NCBI RefSeq assembly: GCF_001194135.2
Contig: NC_068981.1
Coordinates: 78,216,045 to 78,280,044, forward strand
Direction: 5' to 3'
DNA from: Octopus bimaculoides
Lineage: Eukaryota
DNA: 64,000 bases
Positions within the stretch are counted from its first letter, which is position 1. The number at the start of each line of letters is the position of its first letter. The position numbers and the translations under genes were made by a program. The notes beneath the pieces are model-generated. The model had not been told where the DNA came from. It did no database searches and saw only the letters and a program-made list of their open reading frames with translations. Of the stretch, positions 62,124 through 64,000 are shown piece after piece.

Positions 62124-63269
62124 TTAGAAGTATATAAAATCAGGTGGTATAGGAAATAAATATATGGCTGGTGAAATAAATATATTCATCTCGTACCTCC
62201 TGACTTTTTTCATATATATGTGTGTGCGTGTGTGTGTGTGGCTTAAATATCCTTGCCTCCACTCTGGTTTCACTGTATTTCACCAGACATACTCTCATGT
62301 ATACATGCTGATGCACTTCTGAAATGAAAGTTTCTACAATCATCGAAAACTATTGACTGTTTCTCAAGTAGCATTGTATCTACTTTGAGAATTCCTGATT
62401 TAAACATAGTTATCTGTTATTTGTGGTAAATTATAGAGAATTTTCTATGTAAAGAGAATTGTTATTCCTCATTACAGCTTCTTTGCATTCAAGTTTTCCT
62501 TGTTATTGATGACATCATATGCTGTAGATCAACTCAGTTTTATATCAAGTATTTGATTAGTGCAGATTCCTTGTTCTCATTGTGCGCTTGTTTATTTGCA
62601 ATGGTCTACAGATCATGGTTTTAACTGTCTTGCTAACTTACATAAGTGCTTCTATCAAACATTATGAACTGACAAAATAGTATAAAATTTATATCTTATG
62701 ATGATTGCTAATCTAGCCGTAACATGCACACAGTTTTTACATTGCTTTATCAAACTAAATGGTCTGTTTTTAGCAAGACTACATGAATTATGTCTTTTAA
62801 TGAAAATTCAGCTCTTTTGTTGATGACAGTTCTTCTCATGATTATTCTTTGCAGCAAATAAATAGTTTTTCTGTTTATATATAAATATATCTATTTATTT
62901 CTTTATTGTTGTTTATGAAAAGCAATTCTTACTGTAAAGAATCTTTGGAATAATAATTTTATTGAAGCTTGACTAAAAAATGTTTCAAAATTGTTAAAGA
63001 GCTGCTATGCTGAGATAGATGCCAAATATTTATTTTCATCTCAAACATAATAATTATTTTTCACCTTGTTGCATGGCCACACATTTTCACAAAGGGTTTA
63101 GATTTTTATTAATTCACAAACTCTTATTGATCTCAGCAGGATGAAAGGCAAGGTTAAATCTCGCAAAATTAGAAAACTCAGAGTAAAGGCATGAAGCTAA
63201 ATACAGTGAAGTCTTTATATACAAACATAATTTGTTCTAAAGTCCTCTTCATTAACCAAATTATTCCTT

Positions 63270-63615
63270 AATGGGTAAAGACCCCCTTCGGTCATGAATG
63301 ACCATGGAATTGCACCTTGAAAGTTACCCTCTGAGGCACAAGTCTGAGCAAATTTGTTTATGGAAGACCATTAGTCTCTCATGCATACCTGCCTCCCCTC
63401 TGCACACCACCAGTGTTATCCAAGGGAAAGGCAAAAGGCCAATTCAGCTTGGGACCAGTGACGTTGCAACTCATTTCTACAGTTGAGTGAACTGGAGCAA
63501 TGTTTAATAAAGTGTCTTGCTCAAGAATACAACACACAGTCTGTTCTGGGAATCGAATTCATTACCTCATGATTGTTAGCTCAATGCTCTAACCACTGAA
63601 CCATGTGCCTTCACA
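63270..63615 (-). mobile_element. tRNA-derived SINE (head H1) with yet another tail
   Basis: CAACTCATTTCTACAGTTGAGTGAACTGGAGCAATG...GTGTCTTGCTCAAGAATACAACAC...GGGAATCGAATTC...CTCTAACCACTGAACCATGTGCCTTCAC; tail GGTAAAGACCCCCTTCGGTCATGAATGACCATGG. Confidence 0.8.
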
Positions 63616-63789
63616 AATTATTCCTTACACAAGTAACAAAAAGATGGGGGGTAATCCATTCCAAACCTTACCCAAACTTCACATAAAGGCATGACATGGT
63701 GTAATATTTGTCCTACCAGAAATCATCATTATCAAGATTCCTTAACTAATGCAGCCAATCATTGAGGTGCCACTCGAGATGCTTTCATA

Positions 63790-64000
63790 GTCAGCTGTCA
63801 AAACTGATCTCTATTCTCTGTCCTGCATAGCAGGTTTGCTGTGTTGTGACCTGTCCAGTCCTTGATGTTCTCAAACCAGTATTTTCTGTCTGCCCCTCTT
63901 TCACTCCCACCCCTTCAACTGTGCCCTGGAGAATGGTTTTGGGCAGGGTGTTTTGGTGGGATACATGATCATACCAAGTAAGCTTCCATCTTTCTACCTG
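63790..64000 (-). mobile_element. RTE LINE ORF2 C-terminal fragment (runs off the window end)
   Basis: Minus strand QVERWKLTWYDHVSHQNTLPKTILQGTVEG, frameshift, ...RQKILV / WFENIKDWTG (cf. the RTE motif LxWYGHVxR...KTILQGTVEGGRRRGR). Confidence 0.8.

Overview
AT-rich eukaryotic DNA dense in (TA)n/(CA)n/(CT)n microsatellites, with seven assembly gaps. The tRNA-derived SINE and RTE/CR1 LINE families are the ones I associate with octopod cephalopods (Octopus-like); that taxon call is pattern recognition and not verified. No intact protein-coding gene is recognisable, and nearly all supplied ORFs are microsatellite or antisense-repeat artefacts. Supported content: many SINE copies built from a few shared heads and several interchangeable tails; five RTE and one CR1-like LINE fragments; a decayed TRT-like Tc1 transposase; a mariner remnant; a 127-bp MITE; and several minisatellites. 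Two LINE copies lack almost the whole reverse-transcriptase core but keep their 3' ends, and one RTE C-terminus carries three tandem C2H2-like fingers. Retroelements are mostly on the minus strand and the + strand has many strong pyrimidine-rich acceptors. This suggests the window is intronic within a large + strand gene; several candidate micro-exons and terminal exons are listed at low confidence.
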